DNA from: an uncultured Gammaproteobacteria bacterium | GTDB lineage: Bacteria; Patescibacteriota; Microgenomatia; Daviesbacterales; UBA10151 | Assembly (NCBI GenBank): GCA_964500725.1 | Contig: CAZCNP010000002.1 | Span: forward strand, 5,347-69,346 | Length of the DNA stretch: 64,000 nucleotides | Direction: 5' to 3' | Part shown: one piece after another, positions 26,594 through 36,556 of the stretch | How the letters are laid out: the number at the start of each line of letters is the position of its first letter | How positions within the stretch are numbered: the stretch's first letter is position 1 | The notes under the pieces: generated by a model | Database searches by the model: none | The model's input: the letters and a program-made list of their open reading frames with translations, nothing else | What the model was told of the DNA's origin: nothing | Translations under genes and position numbers: made by a program

Positions 26594-29017
26594 ATGGCTG
26601 ATTTTATTAAACCTATCATCAATCAACCTCCAAAATTAAAACCCACCATGCCTGTTGGGCCCTTGCGGGACACAGTTATTTTTCCAGGAAACTCAGTGCC
26701 TATTATTTCTGGCAGGCCAAAATCCAAAGCTGCTTTAGATATTGCTTGGAACTCTGATAAATTAATAGTTTTTGTTACCCAAAAGAATTCTAGAATTGAA
26801 GACCCAGCAGAAAAAGATCTTTATAAAGTAGGTACTGTCTGTTTAATAAGAAGAGTGGTAAAAAATCCTGAAGGTGAATATACCCTGCAAGCAGAAGGTA
26901 TTGCCAGGGTATTTTTGAAAAGCTTTACCAAAGTAGATCCCTTTCTTGAGGCAGAAATAGAAGAAATCCCAGAGCTTTATGAAAAAAGTGAGCAAACAGA
27001 AGCTTTGGTAAGAACTGTTAGAGAGCAGGTTAAAAGATATCTAGAGCTGGGAGGTAATCCTTTCTTTGATCAAAGCAATATTGCCAATTGGTCTTTGTTT
27101 ACTTACAGTGATGATCCCAACCAATTGGTTAATTCCATTACACAAGCAATTGATTTTAAAACCATTGATAAACAACAAATTTTGGAAATGGTTTCTGCTG
27201 CTGAAAGACTGCAAAGGTTATCTGAGCTTTTGGCCAAAGAAATCAGAATTTTAGAAATCTCCCAAAAAATCTCCTCACAAACTCAGGAAAGAGTTTCCAA
27301 GATGACCAAAGAAGCAATTCTAAGAGAGCAGATGAAAAGTATTGAAGAAGAGTTAGGTGGTTCAGATGCTGAGCACCAAGAAATCAGGGAATTTGAGCTA
27401 AAAATTAAAAAAGCTGGCATGCCAAAAGAGGTTTTAGAAAAAGCCAGGAAAGAATTAGGCAGACTTGCCAAGATGTCTTCATATAATCCTGAAGCAGGCT
27501 ATATCAGGAATTATTTGGAATGGTTAACAGATCTTCCTTGGAATCTGGAAAAAAGAGGCAGAATTGATTTGAAAAAAGCAGAAGGAATATTGGAAGAAGA
27601 CCATTATGGATTAAAAAAAGTCAAAGAGAGAATTATAGAATACTTGGCTGTTTATAAACTGGCAGGCAAGATGAAGGGACCAATTCTTTGTTTTGTTGGT
27701 CCTCCAGGTACTGGAAAAACTTCCATTGGTAAATCCATTGCCAGAGCTTTGGGCAGAAAGTTTGTCAAAGTCTCTTTGGGAGGAATAAGAGATGAAGCAG
27801 AAATAAGGGGACACAGAAGAACTTATGTGGGCTCCATGCCTGGTAGAATTGTCCAGGGAATCAAACAAGCCAATACCACCAATCCAGTTTTTATGTTGGA
27901 TGAAATTGATAAAATTGGGGCAGATTATAGGGGTGATCCTTCTGCAGCTTTACTGGAGGCTTTAGATCCTGAGCAAAATGAAGGATTTTCAGATCACTAT
28001 TTAGAAGTGCCTTATGATTTATCTAATGTGATGTTTATAACAACAGCCAATATTTTAGATACTATTCCTGCTGCTTTGAGAGACAGGTTGGAAATTATCA
28101 GATACCCAGGTTATACAGAAGACGAAAAGTTTGAAATTGCCAAGAAGTTTTTACTTCCTAAGCAAATAGAAACCCATGGTTTGAAAAAAAGCCAAATAGA
28201 ATTTACTGATGAAGGAACAAGGTCAATTATTAGGGAATATACCCGAGAGGCAGGGGTTAGAAGTTTGGAGAGAGAAGTATCAGCTGTGATTAGAAAAGTT
28301 GCCAGAAAAATTGCTGAAAGTAATGGAAAATCAGAAAAATTTGTCATTACTCCTGCTGATGTGCATAAATTCTTAGGACCTATTAAATTCTTGCCAATCT
28401 TGGCTGAAAAAGCAGACGAGGTGGGAATGGTAACTGGTTTATCTGTGACAGAGGCAGGAGGAGAAGTATTATTTATTGAGGTTACCTTAATGCCAGGAAA
28501 AGGTAATTTGTTACTTACAGGGCAATTGGGAGATGTGATGAAAGAATCAGGTCAGGCAGCCATGTCTTATGTAAGGTCTCACTGGGCAGATTTGGGTCTT
28601 GCTGAAGGATTTTTTCAAAAGGTAGATGTTCATGTTCATGTGCCAGAAGGGGCAATTCCAAAAGATGGGCCTTCAGCAGGTATAGCATTAACCACAGCTA
28701 TTGCTTCTGCTTTTACTAAAATTCCAGTTCATAAAGGGGTTGCTATGACAGGGGAAGTAACTTTAAGAGGAAGGGCATTAGAAATAGGAGGGTTAAAAGA
28801 AAAAGTTTTGGCAGCCCACAGGGCAGGAGTAAAAATGGTAGTTGCTCCGGCAGATAATGAAAAGGATATGGAAGATATTCCAGATTATGTCCAAAAAGAT
28901 CTAAAGTTTGTCTTTGTTAAGCATATGGATGAGGTTTTAAAGGTAGCTTTGATAAGACCTCCTCAACCAGTTTCTAGAAAAAGGGTGCCAGTTCCCCCTT
29001 CAGCATATATTGCTTAA
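26594..29017 (+). CDS. lon: ATP-dependent protease Lon (La)
   Basis: N-terminal LON domain, GPPGTGKTS Walker A, and KDGPSAG catalytic serine motif. 807 aa. Confidence 0.93.
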   Translation: MADFIKPIINQPPKLKPTMPVGPLRDTVIFPGNSVPIISGRPKSKAALDIAWNSDKLIVFVTQKNSRIEDPAEKDLYKVGTVCLIRRVVKNPEGEYTLQAEGIARVFLKSFTKVDPFLEAEIEEIPELYEKSEQTEALVRTVREQVKRYLELGGNPFFDQSNIANWSLFTYSDDPNQLVNSITQAIDFKTIDKQQILEMVSAAERLQRLSELLAKEIRILEISQKISSQTQERVSKMTKEAILREQMKSIEEELGGSDAEHQEIREFELKIKKAGMPKEVLEKARKELGRLAKMSSYNPEAGYIRNYLEWLTDLPWNLEKRGRIDLKKAEGILEEDHYGLKKVKERIIEYLAVYKLAGKMKGPILCFVGPPGTGKTSIGKSIARALGRKFVKVSLGGIRDEAEIRGHRRTYVGSMPGRIVQGIKQANTTNPVFMLDEIDKIGADYRGDPSAALLEALDPEQNEGFSDHYLEVPYDLSNVMFITTANILDTIPAALRDRLEIIRYPGYTEDEKFEIAKKFLLPKQIETHGLKKSQIEFTDEGTRSIIREYTREAGVRSLEREVSAVIRKVARKIAESNGKSEKFVITPADVHKFLGPIKFLPILAEKADEVGMVTGLSVTEAGGEVLFIEVTLMPGKGNLLLTGQLGDVMKESGQAAMSYVRSHWADLGLAEGFFQKVDVHVHVPEGAIPKDGPSAGIALTTAIASAFTKIPVHKGVAMTGEVTLRGRALEIGGLKEKVLAAHRAGVKMVVAPADNEKDMEDIPDYVQKDLKFVFVKHMDEVLKVALIRPPQPVSRKRVPVPPSAYIA

Positions 29018-29080
29018 GTTTCTTCTTGACTAATACTATAAAGTTAGTGTAAATTCTAGGATACTGCCTCGAAAATTTTC

Positions 29081-31087
29081 ATGGAATTTATCATAAATAA
29101 TACAAACTTAATTATCTGGGCTGCAGTTGTTGCTGCTGTTGCTTATGGCTTCTGGCTTGTTTTTGATATTTTAAAAAAAGATGCTGGGGATGCAAAGATG
29201 CAAGAGATTGCTTCAGCCATCCAAGAAGGGGCTGCAGCATATTTGCAAAGACAATACAAAGTAGTAGCTTTAGTGGCTGTAGGCTTGGGGGCTTTAATTT
29301 ACTTTGCCTTAGGACAAAATACTGCTATTGGATTTTTAGTAGGAGCTGCGTTATCAGCCTTGGCTGGTTTTATTGGAATGAGTATTGCAGTTAGAGCAAA
29401 TGTAAGAGTGGCCCAGGAGGCTAAAAAGGGTTTATCAGAGGCTTTCATCTTAGCTTATAAAGGTGGGGCTGTTACAGGATTTTTAGTAGTAGGTTTGGCG
29501 CTGGCTGCTGTTTATGGCTTTTATCAATATACAGGAGGAGATTTAAGATCCTTGATAGGGCTAGGGTTTGGTGGATCGTTGATTTCTGTTTTTGCTAGGC
29601 TTGGAGGAGGGATTTTTACCAAAGGGGCAGATGTAGGAGCAGATTTGGTGGGAAAAATTGAGGCAGGTATTCCAGAAGATGATCCTCGAAATCCAGCAGT
29701 AATTGCAGATAATGTAGGAGATAATGTTGGTGATGATGCTGGAATGGCTGCGGATATTTTTGAAACCTATATTGTTACAGGAATTGCGACCATGATTTTA
29801 GGTCAACTTCTATTCCCAGGGTATCAAGCTGCAGTGACTTTCCCTCTTCTTATTTTGGCAATGGGAATTTTTGCTTCAGTTGCGGGGTCTTTCTTTGTCA
29901 GACTTTCGGGTAAAAATATTATGGCTGCTTTATATAAAGGCATGATTGCAACTGCTATTTTGTGCGCAATTTTGTTTTATCCAGCCACCTTAGCTTTGAT
30001 GTCTGATAATGGATCTTTTTCTGTTTTGAATTTATACTTGGCAGCTCTTTTAGGGGTAGTGGTAACCGGAGGAATGGTTTTGATTACTGAATACTACACA
30101 AGTACAAAATATGCCGCTGTGCAAAACTTGGCTTTAGCTTCTAAAACAGGTCATGCTACCAATATTATTTCCGGTCTGGCTTTATCCATGCGTTCTACTT
30201 TTTGGCCAATTATTTTAATTTCTGCGGTCGTAATTATAAGCTTTTTGCTTGCTGGGCTTTATGGAATAGCCTTGGCCGGGGTAACAATGCTTTCTTTGGC
30301 AGGAATTGTGGTAGCTATAGATGCATTTGGTCCAATTACAGATAATGCTGGTGGAATTGCTGAGATGGCAAACCTGCCTGCAAAAGTCAGGGGAGTAACA
30401 GATCCTTTAGATGCTGTTGGTAATACTACTAAAGCTGTCACCAAAGGATACGCCATTGGTTCTGCAGCTTTAGCAGCAATGGTTCTATTTACCTCATATG
30501 CTCAGGAATTTTCTATTCAAGGCTCTGAACTACAATTTTCCTTGTCTGATCCTAAGGTATTAGTGGGACTTTTTGTAGGGGGGTCTTTGCCTTATCTTTT
30601 TGCCTCATTTGCTATGGAAGCTGTAGGAAAAGCTGGTGGGGCAGTAGTAGAGGAAGTAAGAAGACAGTTTAAGTCTATTAAAGGCATTATGGAGGGTACA
30701 GCCAAGCCAGATTATGCCAAATGTGTAGATATTGTGACTGCTTCAGCTCAAAAACAGATGTTAGTACCCGCTTTAATTCCTGTTTTGTCTCCTATAATTA
30801 TTGGGTTTACCTTGGGTCCGGTTGCTTTGGGAGGAATGTTGGTAGGCTCAATTGTGACTGGTATTTTTGTGGCTGTATCTATGACCACAGGAGGAGCTGC
30901 TTGGGATAATGCCAAAAAATATATAGAATCTGGTAAATTTGGGGGTAAAGGTTCAGATGCTCATAAAGCTGCAGTTACAGGTGATACAGTAGGAGATCCA
31001 TATAAAGATACAGCAGGTCCAGCTATTAATCCGATGATAAAAGTAGTGAACATAGTAGCACTTTTATTAGTTCCTTTTCTTAAATGA
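29081..31087 (+). CDS. hppA: Membrane-bound H+/Na+-translocating pyrophosphatase
   Basis: [18 protein letters not shown] and DNAGGIAEM signature motifs. 668 aa with about 16 TM helices. Confidence 0.92.
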   Translation: MEFIINNTNLIIWAAVVAAVAYGFWLVFDILKKDAGDAKMQEIASAIQEGAAAYLQRQYKVVALVAVGLGALIYFALGQNTAIGFLVGAALSALAGFIGMSIAVRANVRVAQEAKKGLSEAFILAYKGGAVTGFLVVGLALAAVYGFYQYTGGDLRSLIGLGFGGSLISVFARLGGGIFTKGADVGADLVGKIEAGIPEDDPRNPAVIADNVGDNVGDDAGMAADIFETYIVTGIATMILGQLLFPGYQAAVTFPLLILAMGIFASVAGSFFVRLSGKNIMAALYKGMIATAILCAILFYPATLALMSDNGSFSVLNLYLAALLGVVVTGGMVLITEYYTSTKYAAVQNLALASKTGHATNIISGLALSMRSTFWPIILISAVVIISFLLAGLYGIALAGVTMLSLAGIVVAIDAFGPITDNAGGIAEMANLPAKVRGVTDPLDAVGNTTKAVTKGYAIGSAALAAMVLFTSYAQEFSIQGSELQFSLSDPKVLVGLFVGGSLPYLFASFAMEAVGKAGGAVVEEVRRQFKSIKGIMEGTAKPDYAKCVDIVTASAQKQMLVPALIPVLSPIIIGFTLGPVALGGMLVGSIVTGIFVAVSMTTGGAAWDNAKKYIESGKFGGKGSDAHKAAVTGDTVGDPYKDTAGPAINPMIKVVNIVALLLVPFLK

Positions 31088-31103
31088 ACTTCTAAAAGCA
31101 TTT

Positions 31104-31523
31104 TTAGGTTTGGGTTGGACTTGGAGGAGGGGTAGGTTGACTATTGCCAAAGAGGGCATGTTTGACCTCAGTTATTACTTGATCTGGGGTATAGGAAGCT
31201 TTAATTAGATATGCTTGAGCTCCTAGTTCAAAACCTTCTTTAATAACTGCTTCTTGACCCAAGTTTGTTAACAGTATGGTAATCATTTTTGAGTTGGGAT
31301 TGTGAGTCTTAAACTCTCTTAAAAGCTGCAAACCATTCATTCCTGGAAGCATAATATCCAAAAGCAGTAGATCAAAAACCTCATTTTTTAACATTTCCAG
31401 TCCTGCTTGTCCATCTATTGCACTTTTGACTGCAAAACCTGCTTTAGTAAGTTGTCTGGTGTATAGCTCCCTGATAAAATCTTCATCTTCAACCAGTAAG
31501 ATTTTTTTAGCTGCTGGATCCAT
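31104..31523 (-). CDS. Single-domain response regulator (CheY-like receiver, no output domain)
   Basis: KILLVEDEDFIRE .. DLLLLDIMLPGMNG receiver motifs. 139 aa with a Pro-rich tail. Confidence 0.85.
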   Translation of the reverse strand: MDPAAKKILLVEDEDFIRELYTRQLTKAGFAVKSAIDGQAGLEMLKNEVFDLLLLDIMLPGMNGLQLLREFKTHNPNSKMITILLTNLGQEAVIKEGFELGAQAYLIKASYTPDQVITEVKHALFGNSQPTPPPSPTQT

Positions 31524-31548
31524 ATCTCATATATTGTATAGTAAATCC

Positions 31549-33018
31549 TTAATAATTCAAAGCCCCTGATTGTATAGATTGAGAAACAAATTTATTATTA
31601 TCTAGAATACCAGCACTTTGGGTGAGGATAGGAAGGGTAAAGGAAAATTTACTGCCTTTTCCTGGTTGAGACTCTACCCAGATTTTGCCATGCAGTTTTT
31701 CGATAATCGATTTAGTGATATATAGCCCCAAACCAGTTCCTTTGTTTGATTTTTGTAATTGGTTAGAGACTCGGAAAAATTTTCCGAAAAGATGTGGCAA
31801 GGCTTCTGCAGGAATACCAGCTCCATTATCAGAAATGGTAGTTTGAACTTCAGCAGGTGAAGAAGTAATTAGAATCTCTATTTTTCCTCCAGGGTTGGTG
31901 TAGTTGATAGCATTAGACACAAGATTTGTAACAACTTCAGCAAGTCTGATTGGGTCAGCCAATACTTTAGGTAATGGTTGAGCAGGAGAATTTATGTTGA
32001 CCAGAATATTTTTTTGGGTTGCTTGGTTTTTTAAATCATCAATGACTTTGGAAACAATGGGTAAATACTCAATTGGTTCAGGAGAGACTGATAGTTGATC
32101 TTTTTCTATTTTATTAACATTTAATAAATTGGCAATTAAAGTTTGAAGTTGTTGAGCAGCGGTAAAGGCATTATCCAAAAGAGATAAACTCTCTTGAGGG
32201 ATTTTGGTTCTATTTTCATCTAAGAATACTGACAAATAACCAACGATGGATGTAAGCGGGGTTTTTAACTCATGTGAGGCCATTGAAACAAAATCCAATT
32301 TCATTTGTTCTAATTCTTCTGCTTGAGACAGATCATGCAAAATTAGGACACAATTTAAGCTGGTTTGGAAAGTGCTACCTACTTGAGCAGCCATAACATT
32401 AACTTTAGTTTGTTTGCCATCTTTACCCACTAATTTAACACTTTGATTAAAGCTCCCTTGGCAATAGGTTTTGGACATAACTTCATCTGTACCAGCAAAA
32501 AGATGAATAAATTGCTCTATTGGTTTGGCTTGAACCTCTACCTGTGTATAGCCAGTTAATTCCTGAGCAGCTTGATTTACCAGGATAATGTTTCTATTAA
32601 AATCTAGGGCAATAATTCCATCTGTTACCGAAGAAATAACTTTGTCTAACTTATCCTTTCCAGCAATAGCAATTGTCTTATCAGTCTCAAGTTTTTGAAA
32701 TGTTTTGGCGATTTTGTCTGCCATCTGATTAAAAGTGTTTCCTACTTCTTCAAATTCATCACCTGATTTTAAATCAATGCGTTGGTTGAAATTTCCATCA
32801 GCAAAGGTTTTAATACTTTTTACCAGATCAGCTAGTGGTTTTAAGAGCAAAAATAAAACTAAAACAGAAACAGCTGCACAAATTAGAGTTACTAAAATGT
32901 AAAATTCAGAAGACAGGGTAACAAACAGACTTAGTATAGAAGGAAAGAGTGTGGTAACTGTTGCCACTAGGGCAACTTTGATACGCAGACCCTTTTTGGG
33001 TTTGGCAGACGGGTTCAT
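31549..33018 (-). CDS. Sensor histidine kinase (TM, HAMP, PAS, HisKA, HATPase_c)
   Basis: H-box SHELKTPLTSIVGY, and N/G1/G2 boxes (NAINYT, DNGAGI, GTGLGL). The start was chosen at the ATG at 33018 (MNPSAK...), because the longer ORF (to 33075) would abut the tRNA gene. Confidence 0.85.
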   Translation of the reverse strand: MNPSAKPKKGLRIKVALVATVTTLFPSILSLFVTLSSEFYILVTLICAAVSVLVLFLLLKPLADLVKSIKTFADGNFNQRIDLKSGDEFEEVGNTFNQMADKIAKTFQKLETDKTIAIAGKDKLDKVISSVTDGIIALDFNRNIILVNQAAQELTGYTQVEVQAKPIEQFIHLFAGTDEVMSKTYCQGSFNQSVKLVGKDGKQTKVNVMAAQVGSTFQTSLNCVLILHDLSQAEELEQMKLDFVSMASHELKTPLTSIVGYLSVFLDENRTKIPQESLSLLDNAFTAAQQLQTLIANLLNVNKIEKDQLSVSPEPIEYLPIVSKVIDDLKNQATQKNILVNINSPAQPLPKVLADPIRLAEVVTNLVSNAINYTNPGGKIEILITSSPAEVQTTISDNGAGIPAEALPHLFGKFFRVSNQLQKSNKGTGLGLYITKSIIEKLHGKIWVESQPGKGSKFSFTLPILTQSAGILDNNKFVSQSIQSGALNY

Positions 33019-33080
33019 ATTGTTAAGCGTATCAAATGCATGATTTGAGGTCAAGGAATTTGGTATAATCCTCAAGTAAC

Positions 33081-33154
33081 GCCGCCATCGTCTAGTGGCC
33101 TAGGACATCGGATTCTCATTCCGAAAATCACGGGTTCAACTCCCGTTGGCGGTA
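33081..33154 (+). tRNA. tRNA-Glu (anticodon CUC)
   Basis: Cloverleaf with acceptor GCCGCCA/TGGCGGT (G1-U72), anticodon stem TCGGA/TCCGA, loop TTCTCAT (U33, CTC, A37), T-arm CGGG-TTCAACT-CCCG, and discriminator A. Confidence 0.8.
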
Positions 33155-33171
33155 CAAATTTGGGGTATTTG

Positions 33172-33606
33172 TTAGGATTGCCAGCCTTCATAGGCATAGT
33201 AGTCACCGAAATTACTAACACAAACAAAAGGGGTATTTTTAAGCATATTTGCAGCATGGGAGGGAGAATTAATCCACATATTAACTGGGTTTTGACCACT
33301 AGGCGCCCAAGCTAGGTTTTCTGTAACCTGTTTATAGCGTGGGTAAGGTAAAGTTTTGTCTTTTACTCTGCTATAAAATCCTGTGTGGCTAAAGTTGCCG
33401 GTAATTTCTTGAGCTCGTAATCGAGCAAAGCTACAAGCTAAAGGATTAGTTTTGACAACTGTAAGCCCTTTTGATTGACGATATGAATTTATGGCGGTTA
33501 ATAAATCGTATTCTTTGTAACTTGCAAAAACAGATTTTGTAGGAATCCAAAAAAGGGCGCTGAAAGACAAGATTAATGCCAAAGATAGGACAGACGGACG
33601 AGGCAT
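33172..33606 (-). CDS. CAP/SCP (PR-1-like, YkwD-type) domain secreted protein
   Basis: Signal peptide, then INSYRQ..GL, FSHTG, and WINSPSHAANML CAP motifs. Confidence 0.75.
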   Translation of the reverse strand: MPRPSVLSLALILSFSALFWIPTKSVFASYKEYDLLTAINSYRQSKGLTVVKTNPLACSFARLRAQEITGNFSHTGFYSRVKDKTLPYPRYKQVTENLAWAPSGQNPVNMWINSPSHAANMLKNTPFVCVSNFGDYYAYEGWQS

Positions 33607-33616
33607 AGAGTTGACG

Positions 33617-33646
33617 AGTATACCACAGTGTCAACAGTAACGTCAA
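33617..33646 (-). promoter_or_regulatory. Promoter (TTGACG-18-TATACT) for the CAP-domain gene, with a very short leader
   Basis: The minus strand reads TTGACGTTACTGTTGACACTGTGGTATACTCGTCAACTCTATG. The ATG is about 11 nt after the -10 and there is no SD. Confidence 0.4.
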
Positions 33647-33684
33647 TTTTTACACCCCAAAAAAACTCCCTAGAAACTAGAGCT

Positions 33685-34479
33685 TCATTTCCTCTTTAAA
33701 CCCATTTTTATCAGTCCGCTTCCTGACAATAAAGACAATGCGCCCATTAAAACCCAAGTAGTTTCTGGTCCAGTTTCAGGTAACTGCGCTGATGCTCCTA
33801 ATACAGCGCCAGGAAGAGGAGTTGAGGTTGGCGCTGTTGCTGATGCTCCTAAGACTGCTCCGGTATTCTCAGTTGGAGATGAGGAATTGGATGTGTCTGA
33901 TGTACTAGAGCTAGTTGTTGATGTTGGAGAGGCTGAGGGTGTAGAGGTTGGTGATGGGGTAGCAGAGGCAGAAGGTGTAGGAGTAGGGGAAGGAGTTGGT
34001 TCGGGTGTGGGTGATGAAGATGGTTCAGCTGTAGGTGAGACAGTTGGAGCTGGTGTAGGGCTGGGTATGGAGTAGATAACATCAACATGTGATAGCCCCT
34101 GGCAAGTATCAGATGGTGTTCCAATTCTTTCTACGGTGACAGCAGATGTGCCTACACCAGAAATCTGATAACACCCATTTTCATAAGTGCCATTACCAAG
34201 CAGTGTGCTATGTTTATCAGGCGTAAACATATTATTTCCTGATTTTATACAAACTCCATCAATAATATTTCCGTCTGGTGCAGTAAAGGATAGAATACTA
34301 TCATTCCCTGTTAAATTAGCGTTAGGACTTTCGCATTCTGCAGGGGAACCGGTGCCTTCTGCTGAGGTATTAGTTGAAGGAGATAATGCTATCAGGATTG
34401 CTCCTAAAGAGATTGCTCCAATTGTAATTCCTCTTTTTAAATTTATAGAATTAGATTTTTTAGAAGTGATGTCCTGCAT
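33685..34479 (-). CDS. LPXTG-anchored surface protein (4-Cys globular domain plus Pro/Ser/Thr stalk)
   Basis: The C-terminus is LPETG, then a hydrophobic stretch, then KRK: a canonical sortase sorting signal. The start was chosen at the internal ATG (MQDITSKK...) preceding the signal peptide. The ORF track's longer form overlaps the sortase gene. Confidence 0.8.
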   Translation of the reverse strand: MQDITSKKSNSINLKRGITIGAISLGAILIALSPSTNTSAEGTGSPAECESPNANLTGNDSILSFTAPDGNIIDGVCIKSGNNMFTPDKHSTLLGNGTYENGCYQISGVGTSAVTVERIGTPSDTCQGLSHVDVIYSIPSPTPAPTVSPTAEPSSSPTPEPTPSPTPTPSASATPSPTSTPSASPTSTTSSSTSDTSNSSSPTENTGAVLGASATAPTSTPLPGAVLGASAQLPETGPETTWVLMGALSLLSGSGLIKMGLKRK

Positions 34480-34559
34480 TAGTTTTAATTTAATTTTGTG
34501 ATAATTATGACTTATGCTTTTAATAAAAAAATTAAAAAAAGGTAAGAGTCCTGTAACAT

Positions 34560-35177
34560 TTAGATTCTTAGACGAGCTATTACCAGCAATCTTTTTAAGG
34601 AAGTGCCTGGTGGCCAACAAGTCATTAGAGTAAGTGACTGTCCTTTTTCAACGGTTTGGAGATATCTTACTTCTGAAGAATCAATAATCTTTTTTTCAGT
34701 GACAATATATTTATATCTTTTGCCTTGGTAAAAAAGATATATTTCATTACCAGTATCTAGCTTATTAATTAAGTAAAAGACAGCATTATAATAAGAAATA
34801 AAAGGGCTACTTGTGGAATGGGCGAAAATAAAAATATTTCCATTATTTGAAGGTAAGGCGCTGCCTTTGGCATGGGCTACCCCCTTACTTAATGCTACTA
34901 AGTATTCTTCCTTATTATAAGGGTCAACATTTAGAATTACTTTAGAAGTCAGGTCCAGTTTGGGAATGGTTATTCTAAACTCTTGGTTGTTTTGTAAAAG
35001 TTGATCTTGATCAAAATTAAAGTCCTCTATATTTATGGAGTTTAAGAAATATTGAGTTTCTGCAATCGCGATAGGATAAAAGATAAAACCAAAGATTACA
35101 AAAGCTGTAAATATTAGAGTTATTCCACTAATAATTAAGACGTAGTTTGTCTTGTTGTTTTTTAATTGCTTTTTCAC
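34560..35177 (-). CDS. Sortase (class A/E-like transpeptidase)
   Basis: N-terminal TM, IFAHS (His), LTLMTCWP (TLxTC catalytic Cys), and a conserved Arg near the C-terminus (RLRI). Immediately upstream of its LPXTG substrate. Confidence 0.85.
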   Translation of the reverse strand: MKKQLKNNKTNYVLIISGITLIFTAFVIFGFIFYPIAIAETQYFLNSINIEDFNFDQDQLLQNNQEFRITIPKLDLTSKVILNVDPYNKEEYLVALSKGVAHAKGSALPSNNGNIFIFAHSTSSPFISYYNAVFYLINKLDTGNEIYLFYQGKRYKYIVTEKKIIDSSEVRYLQTVEKGQSLTLMTCWPPGTSLKRLLVIARLRI

Positions 35178-35271
35178 AAAACCCCCTGCTTTCTTGAGGT
35201 AAGTTTATATTTATTTATTAATTAGAAGTATCTTTTTATGTAAGAACAGTGTAATAAATGAGGTTTTTGTA

Positions 35272-35300
35272 TTGAGTTAATTACTTTCTGTTGATATAAT
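35272..35300 (+). promoter_or_regulatory. Strong promoter (TTGAGT-17-TGaTATAAT) for the OmpR-family regulator
   Basis: -35 at 35272..35277, extended -10 at 35292..35300, and the ATG at 35336. Confidence 0.55.
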
Positions 35301-35335
35301 TTGTGCAAATTTTGTAAGAGCTACTTTATTTTGTT

Positions 35336-36007
35336 ATGATAAATAAGATACTTATTGTAGAAGATGATACAGGTTTACAGAAATACTTAAAGGAGTTGTT
35401 TTCGGATAATCAGTATTTGGTACAAATCTCTACTGACGGAGTAATGGCTTTAAATACTATCGCTAAATCACCTCCAGATTTGATTATCTTGGATTTAGGG
35501 TTGCCGAACATGAGCGGCGAGTCGGTTTTAAAAGAGGTGAGGAAAAAGTATCAAGATTTACCGGTAATAATTTTGACAGCAAGAGATAATGTTTCAGATA
35601 TTGTGCAGGGATTAAATATTGGGGCTGATGATTATATAACCAAACCTTTTGTTGCTGATGAACTTTTGGCCAGAGCTAAGGCCAGACTGCGTGTTAGCGG
35701 GGAGGCTGATACAAAGCTTCGTGTCGCTGATTTAGAGCTTGATGAGAAAACATTAGAAATTAAAAGGGGAAGCAGAAGTATTCAGTTGACTCCTCAGGAG
35801 TTTAAACTGCTTGAATATTTAATGCGTAATAAAGGCAGGATCCTAACTCGTGAAATGATTTTAAATAGAGTTTGGTTATACTCCCAGGATATTGAAACAA
35901 GAGTGGTAGATGTTTATATGGGTTATTTAAGAAGAAAAATTGATCAAGGATTTGATAAGAAACTATTGCGTTCAGTGAGGGGTTTTGGTTATATGATAAA
36001 GGAGTAA
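35336..36007 (+). CDS. OmpR/PhoB-family response regulator (receiver plus winged helix); no kinase gene adjacent
   Basis: LIVEDD..LDLGLPNMSG receiver, and LTPQEFKLLEYLMRNKGRILTREMILNRVW winged-helix DNA-binding domain. Confidence 0.88.
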   Translation: MINKILIVEDDTGLQKYLKELFSDNQYLVQISTDGVMALNTIAKSPPDLIILDLGLPNMSGESVLKEVRKKYQDLPVIILTARDNVSDIVQGLNIGADDYITKPFVADELLARAKARLRVSGEADTKLRVADLELDEKTLEIKRGSRSIQLTPQEFKLLEYLMRNKGRILTREMILNRVWLYSQDIETRVVDVYMGYLRRKIDQGFDKKLLRSVRGFGYMIKE

Positions 36008-36064
36008 CAAAGTTTGACAATCCCTTAAACTTCAATTAAAATTTTCGAGACCAAGCTTATTAAG

Positions 36065-36556
36065 ATGGTGAAAATATTAAAGGGACAAACTAAAAAAATG
36101 AAACAGGTATATTTGACTGCTCAGGGTTTATCTGAGACTAAAACAGAACTGGAATTTTTAAAATATACAAAAAGGTCTCAGATTGCTGAGATAATCCACC
36201 AAGCCAGGGAATATGGGGATTTAGCTGAAAATTCAGAATATGATGCAGCTCTAGAAGAGCAGGCAATGACAGAAAGCCGTATTGCAGAACTGGAGAATAT
36301 TTTAAAAGATGCAAAAGTGATAGAGAGTAAAACCCAGCAAGATTTTGTAGTGATTGGTTCAACAGTCAAAATTGAAATGGATGATGGGATTGATGAATTT
36401 ACTATAGTAGGAAGAGTTGAGGCAGATCCAGCAAAAAAAAGGATCTCTAATGAGTCACCTTTAGGAACAGCTCTCTTAGGAGCAAAAAAGGGAGAAGTAG
36501 TAGAGGTAGCAACGCCGATAGTTAGATATAAGTGCAAGGTGTTGGAGATAAAGTGA
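36065..36556 (+). CDS. greA: Transcription elongation factor GreA
   Basis: EYGDLAENSEYDAA coiled-coil tip region and a C-terminal FKBP-like domain. The likely start is the ATG at 36095 (MKQVYLT). Confidence 0.88.
   Translation: MVKILKGQTKKMKQVYLTAQGLSETKTELEFLKYTKRSQIAEIIHQAREYGDLAENSEYDAALEEQAMTESRIAELENILKDAKVIESKTQQDFVVIGSTVKIEMDDGIDEFTIVGRVEADPAKKRISNESPLGTALLGAKKGEVVEVATPIVRYKCKVLEIK

Noticed and set aside
31092-31107. AT-only hairpin (CTAAAAGCATTTTTAG) between convergent hppA and the receiver gene as a bidirectional terminator
   Set aside because: The stem is entirely A/T and it overlaps the receiver gene's stop codon. It is too weak to call.
33849-34124. Two overlapping ORFs (His/Pro/Leu-rich and Gly/Val/Glu-rich) in both directions
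   Set aside because: They are alternative-frame or antisense readings of the repetitive Pro/Ser/Thr stalk of the LPXTG protein.
33081-35177. Possible integrated element next to tRNA-Glu (CAP protein, LPXTG protein, sortase)
   Set aside because: There is no integrase or recombinase, no direct repeat of the tRNA 3' end, and no compositional shift was seen.
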